Under the pieces are notes generated by a model. That model was not told where the DNA came from. It was given only the letters and a program-made list of their open reading frames with translations, and did not search any database. From Eledone cirrhosa (Eukaryota): 64,000 nucleotides of DNA. This document shows positions 35,089-48,800 of this stretch, in pieces. Position 1 is the first letter of the stretch. Each line of letters begins with the position of its first letter. The position numbers were made by a program, and so were the translations under genes. The stretch spans positions 38,316,001 through 38,380,000 of the forward strand of contig OZ024752.1 in assembly GCA_964016885.1 (NCBI GenBank), read 5' to 3'.

Positions 35089-35391
35089 CAGAGGCATAAC
35101 TAGGGCAGGGTACATGCCATGGTCTCAATGTGGACTAGGAGGAAGCACTTTCTATTAAAGTCAGATAAGCTATTGAAAGAGAGTGAAAAAAAGAAACTCC
35201 TTCAGGTGTATCATCTGTCTAATTACAGGTGTATCATCTGTCTGATTACAGGTGTATCATCTGTCTGGTGAGAAACACTATGGTGGCTGGATCATTAAAC
35301 CATTTATATAAATTATTAGGCTCATATATAATTTTGGCAGAGGCACCATTTTAACCGCATACCATAGACACTTTTGTCCATAGTTATGCCA
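35089..35391. mobile_element. Non-autonomous DNA element family (related copies near 2330-2630 and 17460-17601)
   Basis: Ends GGCATAACTA/TAGTTATGCC; shared internal sequence among three loci; internal short triplication of CAGGTGTATCATCTGTCT. Confidence 0.55.
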
Positions 35392-35619
35392 CAACAATGT
35401 CTGCCCCACAACCATTAACTAGTCACAGTTAATTAACTGATTGAGGTATAGTCAGTCCAGTAATAATCTTTCAGGCTCCTACTGGTGTTTATGAGATACA
35501 TGAAATACCTGTCTAGAGAATCATAAACACCGAGTCAGTTACTACCACCTCGGATGGGGTTTCACAAAAAATATACACACACACACATACACATATGTAT
35601 GTATATGAATAGATGACAT

Positions 35620-36050
35620 ATTCACACATCCCTTTGACAAGCATCAATGAAAAGCTGAACTACCTTAACCATTTTACTAACACATTACACACGAGTATGT
35701 ACACACTTACACACATGCATATATATGGATACATATTCACACACATTCCTTTGACAACCATCAATAAAAAGCTGAATAACTACCTTAACCATGTAATGTG
35801 TTAGTAAAAACTAACACATTACACACGAGTATGTACACACTTACACACATGCATATATATGGATACATATTCACACACATTCCTTTGACAACCATCAATA
35901 AAAAGCTGAATAACTACCTTAACCATGTAATGTGTTAGTAAAAACTAACACATTACACACGAGTATGTACACACTTACACACATGCATATATATGGATAC
36001 ATATTCACACGCATTCCTTTGACAAACATTATATTATTTCTGACTAAGAT
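35620..36050. repeat. 134-bp tandem repeat, about 3 copies
   Basis: CTAACACATTACACACGAG at 35677, 35811, 35945. Confidence 0.93.
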
Positions 36051-36642
36051 TTAAATGAAAAGCTTAACATCTACCTTAACCACTTACCTAATACATTGCA
36101 CCTGAGTATGTAAGTATATATACACACACATACACACAAATAGAAATGCGATAAAGAATAATATTTTTTCTACCATTGACACATGGCCAGCAATTTTGGA
36201 GGAAGGAGGAAAGTTGATTACATCAGCCCAAGTACATAACTGGTACTTGATTTTATCGACCCCCGCCCCCTCTCCCAGAATGAGGAAAGATAATACGAAA
36301 TCTACTAAAAGAAGGTATTTAAGAGATAAATAGAATGTGAATGGAACGGCTTTGTTTCTCAAGTCTTGTCTTCAGGCCTGTCTTAAGATGCCAGTTCAGT
36401 TAAAACAATTTGAAAGCATCATGAGCTAATGTTCACCTTGACCACCTTTCTATTTACAAAGCACTTGGTTGTTGAAAAAACCCAGAAAGACTACTGCCAT
36501 GGCAACAACCACAGCAGTAACTTGTTGCCCTCATGCTCCACTTACAAGATACTTTGTCCTCTTAACATTCATCTCGTCACCACAAAAACAATGTTGCTCT
36601 CTTTCAGAATTGAACCACAACTTCTGTTCGGGAGGAGTCACT

Positions 36643-36821
36643 TCAGAATCTCCGGCCCCTAAACACACTACCGTTTCCTCTATGTATCCCACCCCCGACA
36701 CCACCTGCACCTCCTCCGATGCCTCCACCTCCACCACCACCTCCAACACCTCCCCGACCTCGACTGCCACGATTAAAACCTCCAAAACCGCCTCTCTGTT
36801 GCTGCCAGCCACCACGGTTCA
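36643..36821 (-). CDS. API5: API5 last coding exon, Gly/RGG-rich tail (...NRGSRGRGGVGGGG...FRGRRF*)
   Basis: tttcAG acceptor, phase 1, TGA at 36645-36643. Confidence 0.92.
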
Positions 36822-39800
36822 CTGAAACAAATGAAAATTTGCATAAGAAATAGTTAAAGATAAAAGAATTATCGGTAATTGACTAACTATATATATTTAC
36901 CATTGTACTTTAGGAGGGTCATTTTGTCAATATAAACCATATGCACTAGTTGTAGCTCATTTCAGTTTTATTGTTAACTATTTATCAAAAAACTTCTGAC
37001 ACAACTGTACCCTTTTCAAAAATCAGTTATAGAATGGGAAAAATAATGAAAGGAGCTCAGTAGCAGGACAAAATCTTTTCTAATAAATAATTTAAAATAA
37101 TTAAGAATACAACTAAAGTAAAATACCAGCAGTATGAGTTTTTATTACAAAACGACTCTACCAAAAGCACAACAATATTGGTTTCTACGCACAACTTCAA
37201 AATAAGAAAATCTTGCAAAATAAATTTAACAATTCTGTATAAAAATACCATACTATAAACGTCCATGGTGTATGTTGTAAAATACCATATATATTTATGT
37301 ATAAACTTATGAAGTCAGGTCTCTATGTCAACTTCACATATATAACAGAGTTAAAACTGCATCACAAAGATGAAGCCAAGAGACAGAAAATACTTCAGTT
37401 GCTGACACTCCACAAAAACTAGGCCTTCCTCTTAAGAGTCAGGTTTCCAGCTATACATCCAATGGCCCCAAACTGACTTAATGATATGTAAAAGGGTTAC
37501 AGAAATGTTGAATTATTTATTACCTTGTGGAAAAGTCCCTGCTTTTTGACTGTATTTACCACCAGGAGGAGCATATAAGGCCCTGTCTTGTTTGGGAGAT
37601 TTGCGATTGGTACTATAATCAAAACCTTCATTGCTGCTGCGTTTTATACTGAAATTGTTTAAATAAAACCATTATTAACTTGGGATATTACCATCTTTTT
37701 CTGATAATTTTAGAAAATCAACTAAATATTGCTAACTTAGGTAAATATGGTATGTACAGTCCTGTAACTCCTGAGGGAGTTGTAGGGGCGCCATATTGAC
37801 ATAAATATAACAGATTTCTTCCAGAGAATGATAGAAAGAGATAGAGAATGGAAGTGAGAAAAAGATATAGAGGAAGAATTGACCCCAGTACTACACTGGT
37901 ACTTTTTTTATCGACCTTGAATTCATGAAAGGCAAAGTTGACCTCATTGGAATATGAGAGCAAAAATCTAGAACAAATACCGCAAAGCATTCTATCTGAC
38001 ATTCGAACAACTCTGCCAATTTGCTGCCTTCATAATTTATATATAATAGTACATACCCTATAGTTGCAGGAGGGCTTTTATTAGGAATCTGAAAATATAA
38101 AATGAAAAAAAAAAATCCTTAAAAAAATGAAACCGGAAATAAAACATACTTTCATTTGGAATTTTAACAGACAAATTGTATCAGCCATGAGAAATACATG
38201 TTAACCTTCATAAAATAGCTGAGGATATTTATCAGAATACCATCTTTGTTCCAGAATGAAGGAATAGTTGATCTATTGAAGAATGCATTTAACTGTTTTC
38301 ATAACCATATTTCTAAAGAAATACACCATTCTAAGCTCCAGTTAATCTTGAAGATAATCAAGAATTTAAAGGGATTTAGTAAAACACCTAACTTTTTCAT
38401 TAATTAGTATATCAAGCCAGTGTTTGATACATAATTTAATAAAACTTTTTACATAAAATTAAGAAGTATTTTGAAAGAGGTGGCTTTTTACTCTCATAAA
38501 ACCAAGGTTGTCTCAGTCGAGATATGAGGTTTGATCCCTCATAGTGGCTGATGGTACCTTCTCTTCTGCTTTAAGGGTTTTCACCCTATTTATAAGCTAT
38601 TTTAGAGCATCTCCGTGCATAAGCATATCATATATTAAATTAAATTTATATTTATAAGTAAATTTTCAGAAATTTGAACAAACAAAAATACATTTTAATG
38701 GTATTTCCACACAAAACTTATCAAGCTAGATGTAACTAAGTTATATTACTGTTATAAAAAACTAGTGCAATGTTTCGGGTGGTTGTCTTTATGTTTTTAC
38801 TGGTGTCAACCCTTTTAGTCACCTCATACAAGTTGTATCAAGGACATGACAACCTCCCTAGTGTTGCTGATCTACACAATAAAAGCACCCAGTACATGTT
38901 ATAAAGCAGTTGGTGTTAGAAAAGGCATCCAGCCGTAGATAGTTTACCAAACAAAGGGCTAGGAGGACCCTTCAGTTTGTGTCAAAAGACATGACAACTC
39001 TGCACATGATAGTGTGTATGACCGTATGTAAGTAGGATGCCGACCCCTCAAATTGTCTGGGAGGTCAGTAACCCTGCTTCAGCACTGACTTGGTCTATGT
39101 AGACCCATCCAACCCTTGCTAGCAAGAAATGCGAATGTTAAATGATGATGATACAACATGTAAAGATATGATGTACCTATTATAAACCAAACAGTCAGGA
39201 AAGTAGATATTTATATACTTACATGAATAGGTTTCCAAGATAAGTTGACAACTGATTTGTACACTGGAGGAGTATGAAGCAAGTCTTTTATTAAAATATT
39301 GATATTAGAAGTTATTTTCAGGGCGATGACCTTGATTTTGTTCTGGAAAACAAGAAAATGGTTTGGTGGATGAGTGGATCATTGAGAAAGAAGAAGGCAA
39401 ATAATGAATTGCAGAGGATAATGGGTTCAGAACCAGTGATGAATGTTGTGAACAGAAATGGAATGAGATGGTTGGGTCATGTGTTGAAGGATGAAAGTGA
39501 GTGGGTGAGAGGAACAGAGCCACTGATGAATGTTGTGAACAGAAATGGAATGAGATGGTTGGGTTAGGTGCCGAGGAAAGATGAAAGTGACTGGGTGAGA
39601 GGAGTGATGGAAGTGATAAATGTTGTGAACAGAAATGGAATGAGATGGTTGGGTTAGGTCCCGAGGAAAGATGAAAGTGAGTGGGTGAGAGGAACAGAAC
39701 CAGTGATGAATGTTGTGAACAGAAATGGAATGAGATGGCTGGATCATGTGTTGAAGGATGAAAGTGAGTGGGTGAGAGGAGTGATGGAAGTGAATGTGGA

Positions 39801-42800
39801 AAAAAGTAGGAAATGAAAGCCAAAGGGTTTGTGAGTGGGGATGATAGGGAAAGTGGAGAAGTTTGTCATGGGACCTGCAAGGCTAACCCATACTTTAGCA
39901 GAGCTCATTACCCTTTAAAATGTTTGCTGTTGTTGAGTCTATAAAATAGAAATGAGTATGTCAAAATATGAAACCAATACTAACCTCATCTGTTTTTAGT
40001 GTGTCTCCAGTTTTCCCTTGTAATGCTGTCCTTAGTTGTTTAATATATACCTGTACTCCGCGTGCAAAATATTGTAATCTATTAGAAATAAAAGGTGAAA
40101 TACAATATTTAGTCACTTGTACATTCTCAGCAAGCTCCTGCCAATATTTTTCAAGTTTCTAGAAATTATTTTGTAGACAAGTTTCCAGCTCACACTACAA
40201 ATTTAAAACTATATTTACCATTATTATTTAACGTTTTCCCTGTTAGCATGGGTTGGACAGGTTGTTACAGACCAAGTCCATTCTTAATCAGTGCCACTAA
40301 CCTCTCAGATAGACTGGAGTGTTGCAACTTTCTTACATACATTTCTGCACTTTACAGAGTGCACTGGGTGCTTTTTATCATACCAGCAGCATTACGGAGG
40401 TTGTCATCTCTTTGTCATAACTGAAGACATCTCTCGACCCATTGTTAGGTTAGTTTTCTACAGCTGCATGCATGCTTCCTATCACCAACCATTTCACAGA
40501 GTGTACTGGGTGAGTTTTATTATGGCACCAACACTAGGAAGGTTGTGTTTTCATTGACACAGCTGAAGAGTCCTCTCTGAATTGATTTTCTCATTAGAAA
40601 TAGGGTCCGCAAAGGGTTAAAGACACGCTCAATAAATAAACCTCTCGGTCCTACATTGCTTCAACATTCAGCACAAAGTCAGCAATTTTGCAGGGAAGGA
40701 GAAAGTCATTTAAATCAACCCCAATTCGTTACTGGTGCTTTATTTTATCAATCCCCTAAGGCTGAAAGGCAAACAGCTAACTCAGCAGGATTTGAACCCA
40801 GAATGTAAAGTAAAGAGCCGTTACTATATGCCGTGAAGCTTGTTGTCTGATGCTCTACTGGTTACTGCTAATCCCCTGACCTATGATTTATATAAATATT
40901 ACACATCATTAAGTACCTGACTCTGAAATACTTCAATCTTTCAGCATTGTTTTCATCTGAGAGAAAAGACGGACATTTACGGCTTAACTGGTGGAATGTA
41001 AACATTAAACATTCAACGTAAGAAAACTGTAATTTGTGTTCTTCAGATGATGATTCTCCAGATGTTTCGTCATTTTCTTCTGATGGCGGTAATGGCATAT
41101 ATTCCTGAAACAGATAAAACATATATACTATCATCAGTGGGGTAATGGCATATATTACTGTGACAGATAAAACATATCATCATATACTTGGTGAAAAGAT
41201 TTTTGAAAAAATTAAATAAATTCTATAGCATTGAAGGTGAGTTTTTATCACAAAACATGTCCTTTATCTAAAGTGTAGAAAACAGTCTCTAAACTGAGAG
41301 TAAAGACAACTGAGATCAATAAACCATATTCTGTTACCAACACTAAATCATGTCTGAGTCAAGATACTTAACTAACCACTGCTAATTTTACAAAAGAGGT
41401 AAGTGGTATATCTTACAAATGTAGAAAGTTGTAAGGTGTATACCTGCTCTTTTACACACACAGTCCACCCTGTCAGGCGATCATGATGGTGACATGACAA
41501 AAAGGTCCCAGACTACCCTGTTAAGTAGTCATTTCAGTGCCACAACAAAAAGCACCCAGTCCACACTGTAAGATGGTTGTGAGGTGACAGGACAAAAAGC
41601 ACCAAGTCCATACTGTAACATGGTTGGTATTAGGAAGGACACCCAGCCATAGAAATCAAGCCAAAATACAGAGCCCTATGAGCAAGACATTTTCTATGCT
41701 TGAGCATCCTACAACTTATTATAAATTTATTTCCTTCCAAGTTTTCCTTGGTGTATAACAATGTAAAATATAGAAGAAAGAAGGAGAAAAAAGAGCAAAC
41801 ACTTACAATTAGTTTTTCATAAACTCGTTCCACTTTTTCTTCTACATCATCCAATTCTCCAGCAAATTCTGAGATCTCTGCAAATAGCTTCAGCATTTCA
41901 AGTTGCACATTGCTGCCTTCATCAACACATGCCAAATTGGAGAGATCTAGTATTACGTGATCACATATGTAGCTGACAAATATTTTGGAATGGACATTTT
42001 TCTACAAAAACAAAATCAACAACAACATCAAACATGACCAAGAAAATAAATTTAATCTAAGACGGTGAAACTTAATGATGTTTATGGTTGATCCATTCTT
42101 CAACCCTAGCCTTCTTTAACCCTTTAATTACCATACTTTTTAATAAAATACACTGTATTTGAATAAATTAATGAAGAAATTAAAAGGATTGCAAAGTGAA
42201 AAATCAAAACAATTTTTTAAATATAATAAAAGTGATTACCATATATACTCAAATATAAGCCAACCACATTCCTTATTTTATGTCTGAGAAATGGACAAAA
42301 ACCCAAACCTCGTTTATAAGCCAAGGCAGCTAATCAACACATTATGTTTAGATGGCAAATATAAACCAACCCTTCATTTTCCCATCGATATTTTGGTCAC
42401 ATATTTTGCAGCTTATATTCAAGTATATACGGAAAATCAAATAAAAGTGACTTACCGAGAAAAGAGGTAAACTTTGTTTTACACATTGCATTAATCTGTC
42501 AACACAATCAGGGTCTTCAGGCTAGAGAGAGAGAGAGCAGGTAAAAATAAATCTATTTATTTAACACAACCAGGATCTGCAGAACAAGGGGTAGTTTGGT
42601 ATCAAAAGGTTTAAAACAATAATATAACTGAAGATATGGGGGAACAGCAATAGATAAGTGATGTGTTGTTTCCTTGAGCAAGACACTTTATTTCACATTG
42701 CTCCAGTTTACTCAGCTGTAGAAATGAGATGATAGAGACTGGGGTCCATATCATTCCACTGCAAAGTGGTCGTGGAGGTGCCACGGCAAAAAAGCACCCA

Positions 42801-45800
42801 GCACTCACTGTAAATGAGGTTGGTGTTAGGAAGGGCATCCAGCTGTAGAAATCAAGCCAGAATCAGTTCCCGTCCCACCCTTGCAAGCAGGGAAAAGCGG
42901 ACGTAAAATGAAATGAATGTTGATGATGATCATCATCATTTTATGTCCACTTTTCCCTGCTGACACACATAAAACTACAGTGAAGGTGCATGGTTTAGTG
43001 GTTAGAGTGTTGGGCTTCCCTGAGCGGGAGCTATGTTTTCTGACGGTCTACCAATACTAATAATTATATCTAATTTAGGCACAAGGTCAACAAGTTGTGG
43101 GGTAGAGAAAGTCGATTACATTGAACCCACTTTAGGAAGGGCATCCAGCTGTAGAAATCAAGCCAGAATCAGTTCCCGTCCCACACTTGCAAGCAGGGAA
43201 AAGCGGACGTAAAATGAAATGATGAAATGAATGTATTTAGGTCTAATAAAGAGATGTGTAAGACAAAGAGGTAACATTTTACACTGGAGAGAGTTTTAAA
43301 ACTGTTACTAACATTAAATTTTTGGTCCAATTCTGCTTGCATGATGATAATATCCACCAACTGCTGACGGCCAGTCACGGTACTCATAGATTTCAGGCCC
43401 TTCAACATGTTCATAATGGCAATGAATTCCATACAGGTTACATCCAATAACACCTATCAACAGAGAACAAATAAAACCACATGTGAATAGGGAATAATAC
43501 ACATAGGGTGTATAAAAAATACAGTCATCTGATTTCAAAAGGCTATATATAATATATATATATAATATATACTAAATTCAAACAATTTACCTTTCTGCAC
43601 TCGCCTACAATGAGGTCTTCATCTTCCTTCCCTAAAGTATCTTCAGGTAACACTTTTACTTTATTTGTTAAGAATTTAAGGGCCAGATCCCGCAGACAGT
43701 CATTCTCTCCGAGAATCATACTAAAAAGACCTTTCAATGTACCTACAATAGAAAAGCAAAACCAGAAAATCAAAAATATAAAGCAGTCATCTTCAACAGC
43801 AGAGAAAGTTTTCAGTAAAACAGATAAATGAAATGACCCTTCATTAGTCTTTGTTGAAGACTGTTACTGTTGTTCCATTAATAGAATGGCCAGCTTGTGG
43901 GGTTAACATACAAGGGGCTGAACATTTCGCAGACACGTGTACTCATAACATAATTCTCAGGGAGATTCAGTGTGATACAATATCTGACAAAGCTGGACCT
44001 TTGAATTACTGGTAGAGTCAATCCTATCTAACAGTTTTTGTCTACCCAGTTTCACTCACAAGGCTTGGTTCAACCCAGGGCTATGATAAATGACTTGACC
44101 GCAATGCCACACAGTGGGATCAAACCCAGGGCACTATGATTATGAGACAAACTTCTTAAACACTTGGCTATCCTTTGGGGGAGGAAGTGGAACTAGAAAA
44201 AGTGACATTTTATAAACACTTTCTAAACAATTTTCTCAGTAGTAAAATCAGTGAAAACAATTAAGTGTTGGCAGTATTGGTAGAGGGTCGGACGCCATGC
44301 TTTGACGCATAGAGTTACGGCCCTTGCCATTCTGAGTTCAAATCCCACCGAGGTTAACTTTGCCTTTCATCCTTACGGGGGTCGATAAAATAAAGTACCA
44401 GTAATGTACTGTGATAATTGCTGGCTTTGTGCCAAAAGTAGAAACAATTATTATTATTAAAGTACCAGTAATGTACTGGGTAATTGCTGGCCTTGTGCCA
44501 ATAGTAGAAACAATTATTATTATTATTAACCAATGGTAGACTCGATAGAGCGGCGAATAAATCCTTAGCAGTATTTGTTCTGAGTTCAAATCCGGCAACA
44601 GCTAGCTTTGCCTTTCATCCTTACGGGGTCGATAAAATAAAGTACCAGTAACATACTAGGGTTGATTTAATCGACTTTCCCCTCCCCCTAAAATTGTTGT
44701 CCTTGTGCCTAAATCAGAAACCATTATTATTATTATTAATATATCCTCTTAATTAGTTATAACAATCACATGACATTCTAATTAGGGAGCTGTCAATGAA
44801 TGTGAACTTGAAAGGTCAAACCAAATCTTATTCACAGTTGCTCAGTTAGTTGGAAGTAATACTAAATAATTGTTTCTACTTTTGGCACAAGGCCAGCAAT
44901 TACCCCAGTGTATTACTGGTACTTTATTTTATCGACCCTCGTAAGGATGAAAGGCAAAGTTAACCTCGGCGGGATTTGAACTCAGAATGGAAAGGGCCGT
45001 AACTCTTTGCGTCAAAGCATGGCGTCCGACCTTCTACCGATACTGCCAATCCAATAATAATAGTTTAGATCAGTGGTTCCCAACCGGGGTCCATGTAATA
45101 TTCCTGGGGGTCCACAGGCAAAAAATGGAATAAGCTTTTCTTTTGTCGAATAGCTATGAGGGGGTCCACCCCCCCAAAAAATAAGGGAAAAGGGTCCATG
45201 AGTAAAAAAAAGGTTGAGAACCACTGGTTTCGATGGAAGAATCAGCAGAAGACTTCACATAATGTGCTATATGTTCACTACATTGGACACATCAGAATAT
45301 GGTAGATGAAATAAAGAATTTGGCTTTTAAGACTTATCACATACATAGTGAGATAGAAAAATAACCAAATTTCATTTCACTTTACGTCCGCTTTTCCCTG
45401 CTTGCAAGGGTGGGGCGGGAACTGATTCTGGCTTGATTTCTACAGCTGCATGCCCTTCCTAATACCAACCTCATTTACAGTGAATGCTGGGTGCTTTTTT
45501 GCCGTGGCACCTACACGTCCACTTTGCAGTGGAATGATAGGGAACCTAGTCCCTATCATCTCATTTCTACAGCTGAGTAAACTGGAGCAATGTGAAATAA
45601 AGTGTCTTGCTCAAGGAAACAACACATCACCCGGTCTGAGAATTGAATTCACAACCTTTCGATTGCAAGGCCAATGCTCTAACCACTAAGCCATGTGCCT
45701 CCATTAAAAATTTGAGTTTTAAAAAAAAAAGGGGGGGGGGTATAGCATAACAGAAAGAGATTTCAATCCTTCATAGTTGTTAAATACTCCAGATTTTGTA

Positions 45801-48800
45801 ATGCTGAGAAAAATATAACAAATTTTAAAACTTTTCTAATTTATGCTTAAACAAAATAATAAAATATTGTTTTCAAAAGCTGAAATCTCTTTATAATAAT
45901 ATAATGATTTACCGTATATACTCAAATATAAGATGAGGAATATGTGACCGAAAAATTAATGGTAGCAGGGATGGGGTAGAGGAAACGAATCCAACATATT
46001 CAGTGTCAATATTTTGACGATTTTCACCAACTTCAAAATCTATGTAAATCAGGTTTCGATTTTTGCCCATTTCTCAAATATAAAATAGTGGGGTGGACTT
46101 ATATTCAAGTATATTCGGTATATATATATATATATATATATATATACGAATATAAGCCAAGAAATATGTGACCAAAAAATAGTAGAAGGGGGCTGGCTTA
46201 CATTTGGGGTCAATATTTTGACAATTTTCACCAACTTCAACTTCTACGTAAATCAGGTTTCGATTTTTGCTTATTTCTCAGATATAAAATAGTGAGGTGA
46301 ACTTATATTCAAGTACATATGGTAATTTACATTTGCATACTTATTTTTTTTTTAAAGCAATATGATTGTTGATCCACTGACAGGGATTTTTCCATTTGAA
46401 GAAGAACACTAATGTACTTTCCTTAAAAGCACAATGAACTGGATTTTAAAATGTTCAACTCAATATATATCATTTGGTCAGTAGTCTATTATTTAAAATA
46501 CTTAAAATACCAAAAATAAAAGGTTCTATGGCTAACCTGAAGCATTAATAGTGAACAATGTGGTGAGGGATGACTGAATTAGGCTCAGCTCAGAACCGTC
46601 ATTGAAATGCTGCAACAACTGAATAAGAGCCACAACTATTTTGGATACAAACTCAGGTGTAACTCGGCACAATGATGGAAGATCCTTGATTGCCTGCTTA
46701 CGGATCTAAAAATTTGTAAAGGAGAAATGAAATAGATGAATAATGTTGACAAGAAGCTAAAGACTCAATTCAATGTACACAAGTGGTTATACTAATAAAA
46801 TGAAGAACTGAACAATGGCAAGTAATATCTGTATTAGTTAGTATATTAGTTTCTTTTGCAGGTAACCTATATCATCATTTCATTTTACGTCCACTTTTCC
46901 CTGCTTGCAAGGGTGGGACAGGAACTGATGCTGGCTTGATTTCTACAGCTGGATGCCCTTCCTAACACCAACCTCATTTACAGTGAGTGCTGGGTGCTTT
47001 TTTGCTGTGGCACCTCCACGACCACTTTGCAGTGGAATGATATGGACCCCAGTCCCTATCATCTCATTTCTACAGCTGAGTAAACTGGAGCAATGTGAAA
47101 TAAAGAGTCTTGCTCAAGGAAACAACACATCACCCGGTCTGAGAATTGAACTCACAACCTTTCGATTGCAAGGCCAATGCTCTAACCACTAAGCCATGTG
47201 CCTCCTATATATATATATATAATCGGCTATTACAATATATGGTGAGAGCAGACTTCAGATCACTGAAGCTCACGGAGGAGATTACAAAGGACCATGACGA
47301 ATGGAGAGATGCCGTGCTTAATGACCCGCCCCACCCTTGTAAGCAGGGAAAAGCGGACGTACAATGATGATATATGATCATCATCATCATCATCAGGTTT
47401 AGCGTCCGTGTTCCACGCTTGCATGGGTTTGGACGGGGGTTTTCCCACTTGAGGCAAGAGTGGTTGTCTTGCTCGCATAGGACTGTCTGGCGGGTTTTCT
47501 ACAGTTGGATGCCCTTCCTAACACCAACCACATTTACAGTGTGGGGCTGGGAGGTTTTTACCGTGTTGCCTACACGACCACATTACAGCGTGGACTGTCT
47601 GGCGGGTTTTCTACAGCTGAATGCCCTTCCTAACACCAACCACATTTACAGTGTGGGGCTGGGAGGTTTTTACCGTGTTGCCTACACGGCCACATTTACA
47701 GCGTGGACTGTGTGTTTTTTTTGTCGTGACACCTACACGATCTCATTTGTTTCGGCCTGGATGTTGTGGGACCAACATAACTTTACATTGAAAGGGGCGG
47801 TGTGGATGGGGTGGAGGTGGTGGGACGGGGGTGTGTTTTGATAGAGATGCCTACTGACTGTAGTAGGTTTTTACTTTGTATTTAGGTAAGGCGGGTCTTC
47901 TCTATTACTGAGTACCGCCAAAGGTCTCGGTCCAGTGATATTGTCTTGGAGAGGTGTAAGCGTGTGAGGTCGGAATTTATCAGCTCGTCCCATGTTTTTC
48001 TGGGTCTGCCTACTCCGTGGCTACCGTCTATCTTTATTGCCCTGCACTTTGTTATACAGCTGTCGTCTTTCATGCGCATCACGTGACCGTACCAACGTAG
48101 CCTTCTCTCGAGTAAACAACATCCGATCCTTCTTATTTCTAATTTTTTCCTTAGTTCGTTTATGCTTTGCCGTTCACGTATATTACTATTGCACATCCAG
48201 CGGAGCATGCAAGCTTCGTTCCTCTCTAGTCTGCGTATATCCTCTGCACACAATGCCCAGGTCTCACTGCCATGCAGCATTGCTGTTCGTATGCAGGCAT
48301 CGTATAACCTGCCTTTCATTTTTAGGGAGAACCCTCTAGCGGCTAATAGTGGTATAAGCTCTCTGAACTTTTTCCATCCAGTTCTGACTCTAGCTACTGT
48401 ACTTTCAGAGCACCCTCCCCCACTGCTGATTTTGTCACCCAGGTAACGGAAGCTGTCCACTATTTCTATAGAACCCTCTGCGCAGTTTATATATATATAT
48501 ATATTGTAAACATGGTTGGTGTTAAGAAGGGCATCCAGCTGTAAAATCCCAGACAAAATACAGTTCTGTCTGAGCAAAGTGTGGTGTGGCCAGCTAGCCA
48601 GACTTGTCTCATGACGAGGGCAACCCATCTAACCCATGCAAGCATGGAAAAATAGACGTTAAATGGTAACAATCATGATGATATATATATATATATCTAA
48701 ACTATAATAAAGTAAGGAGTGTGGGAGTGCATCCAGAATATATTTTTTTACCCCGTTTGTAAAATATGTTGGATTACTTTGAATAAATAATTGTTTCTAC

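Noticed and set aside
38558-38585. Extra 28-nt API5 exon (AG...GT)
   Set aside because: No polypyrimidine tract, in-frame TAA, and not needed for phase continuity
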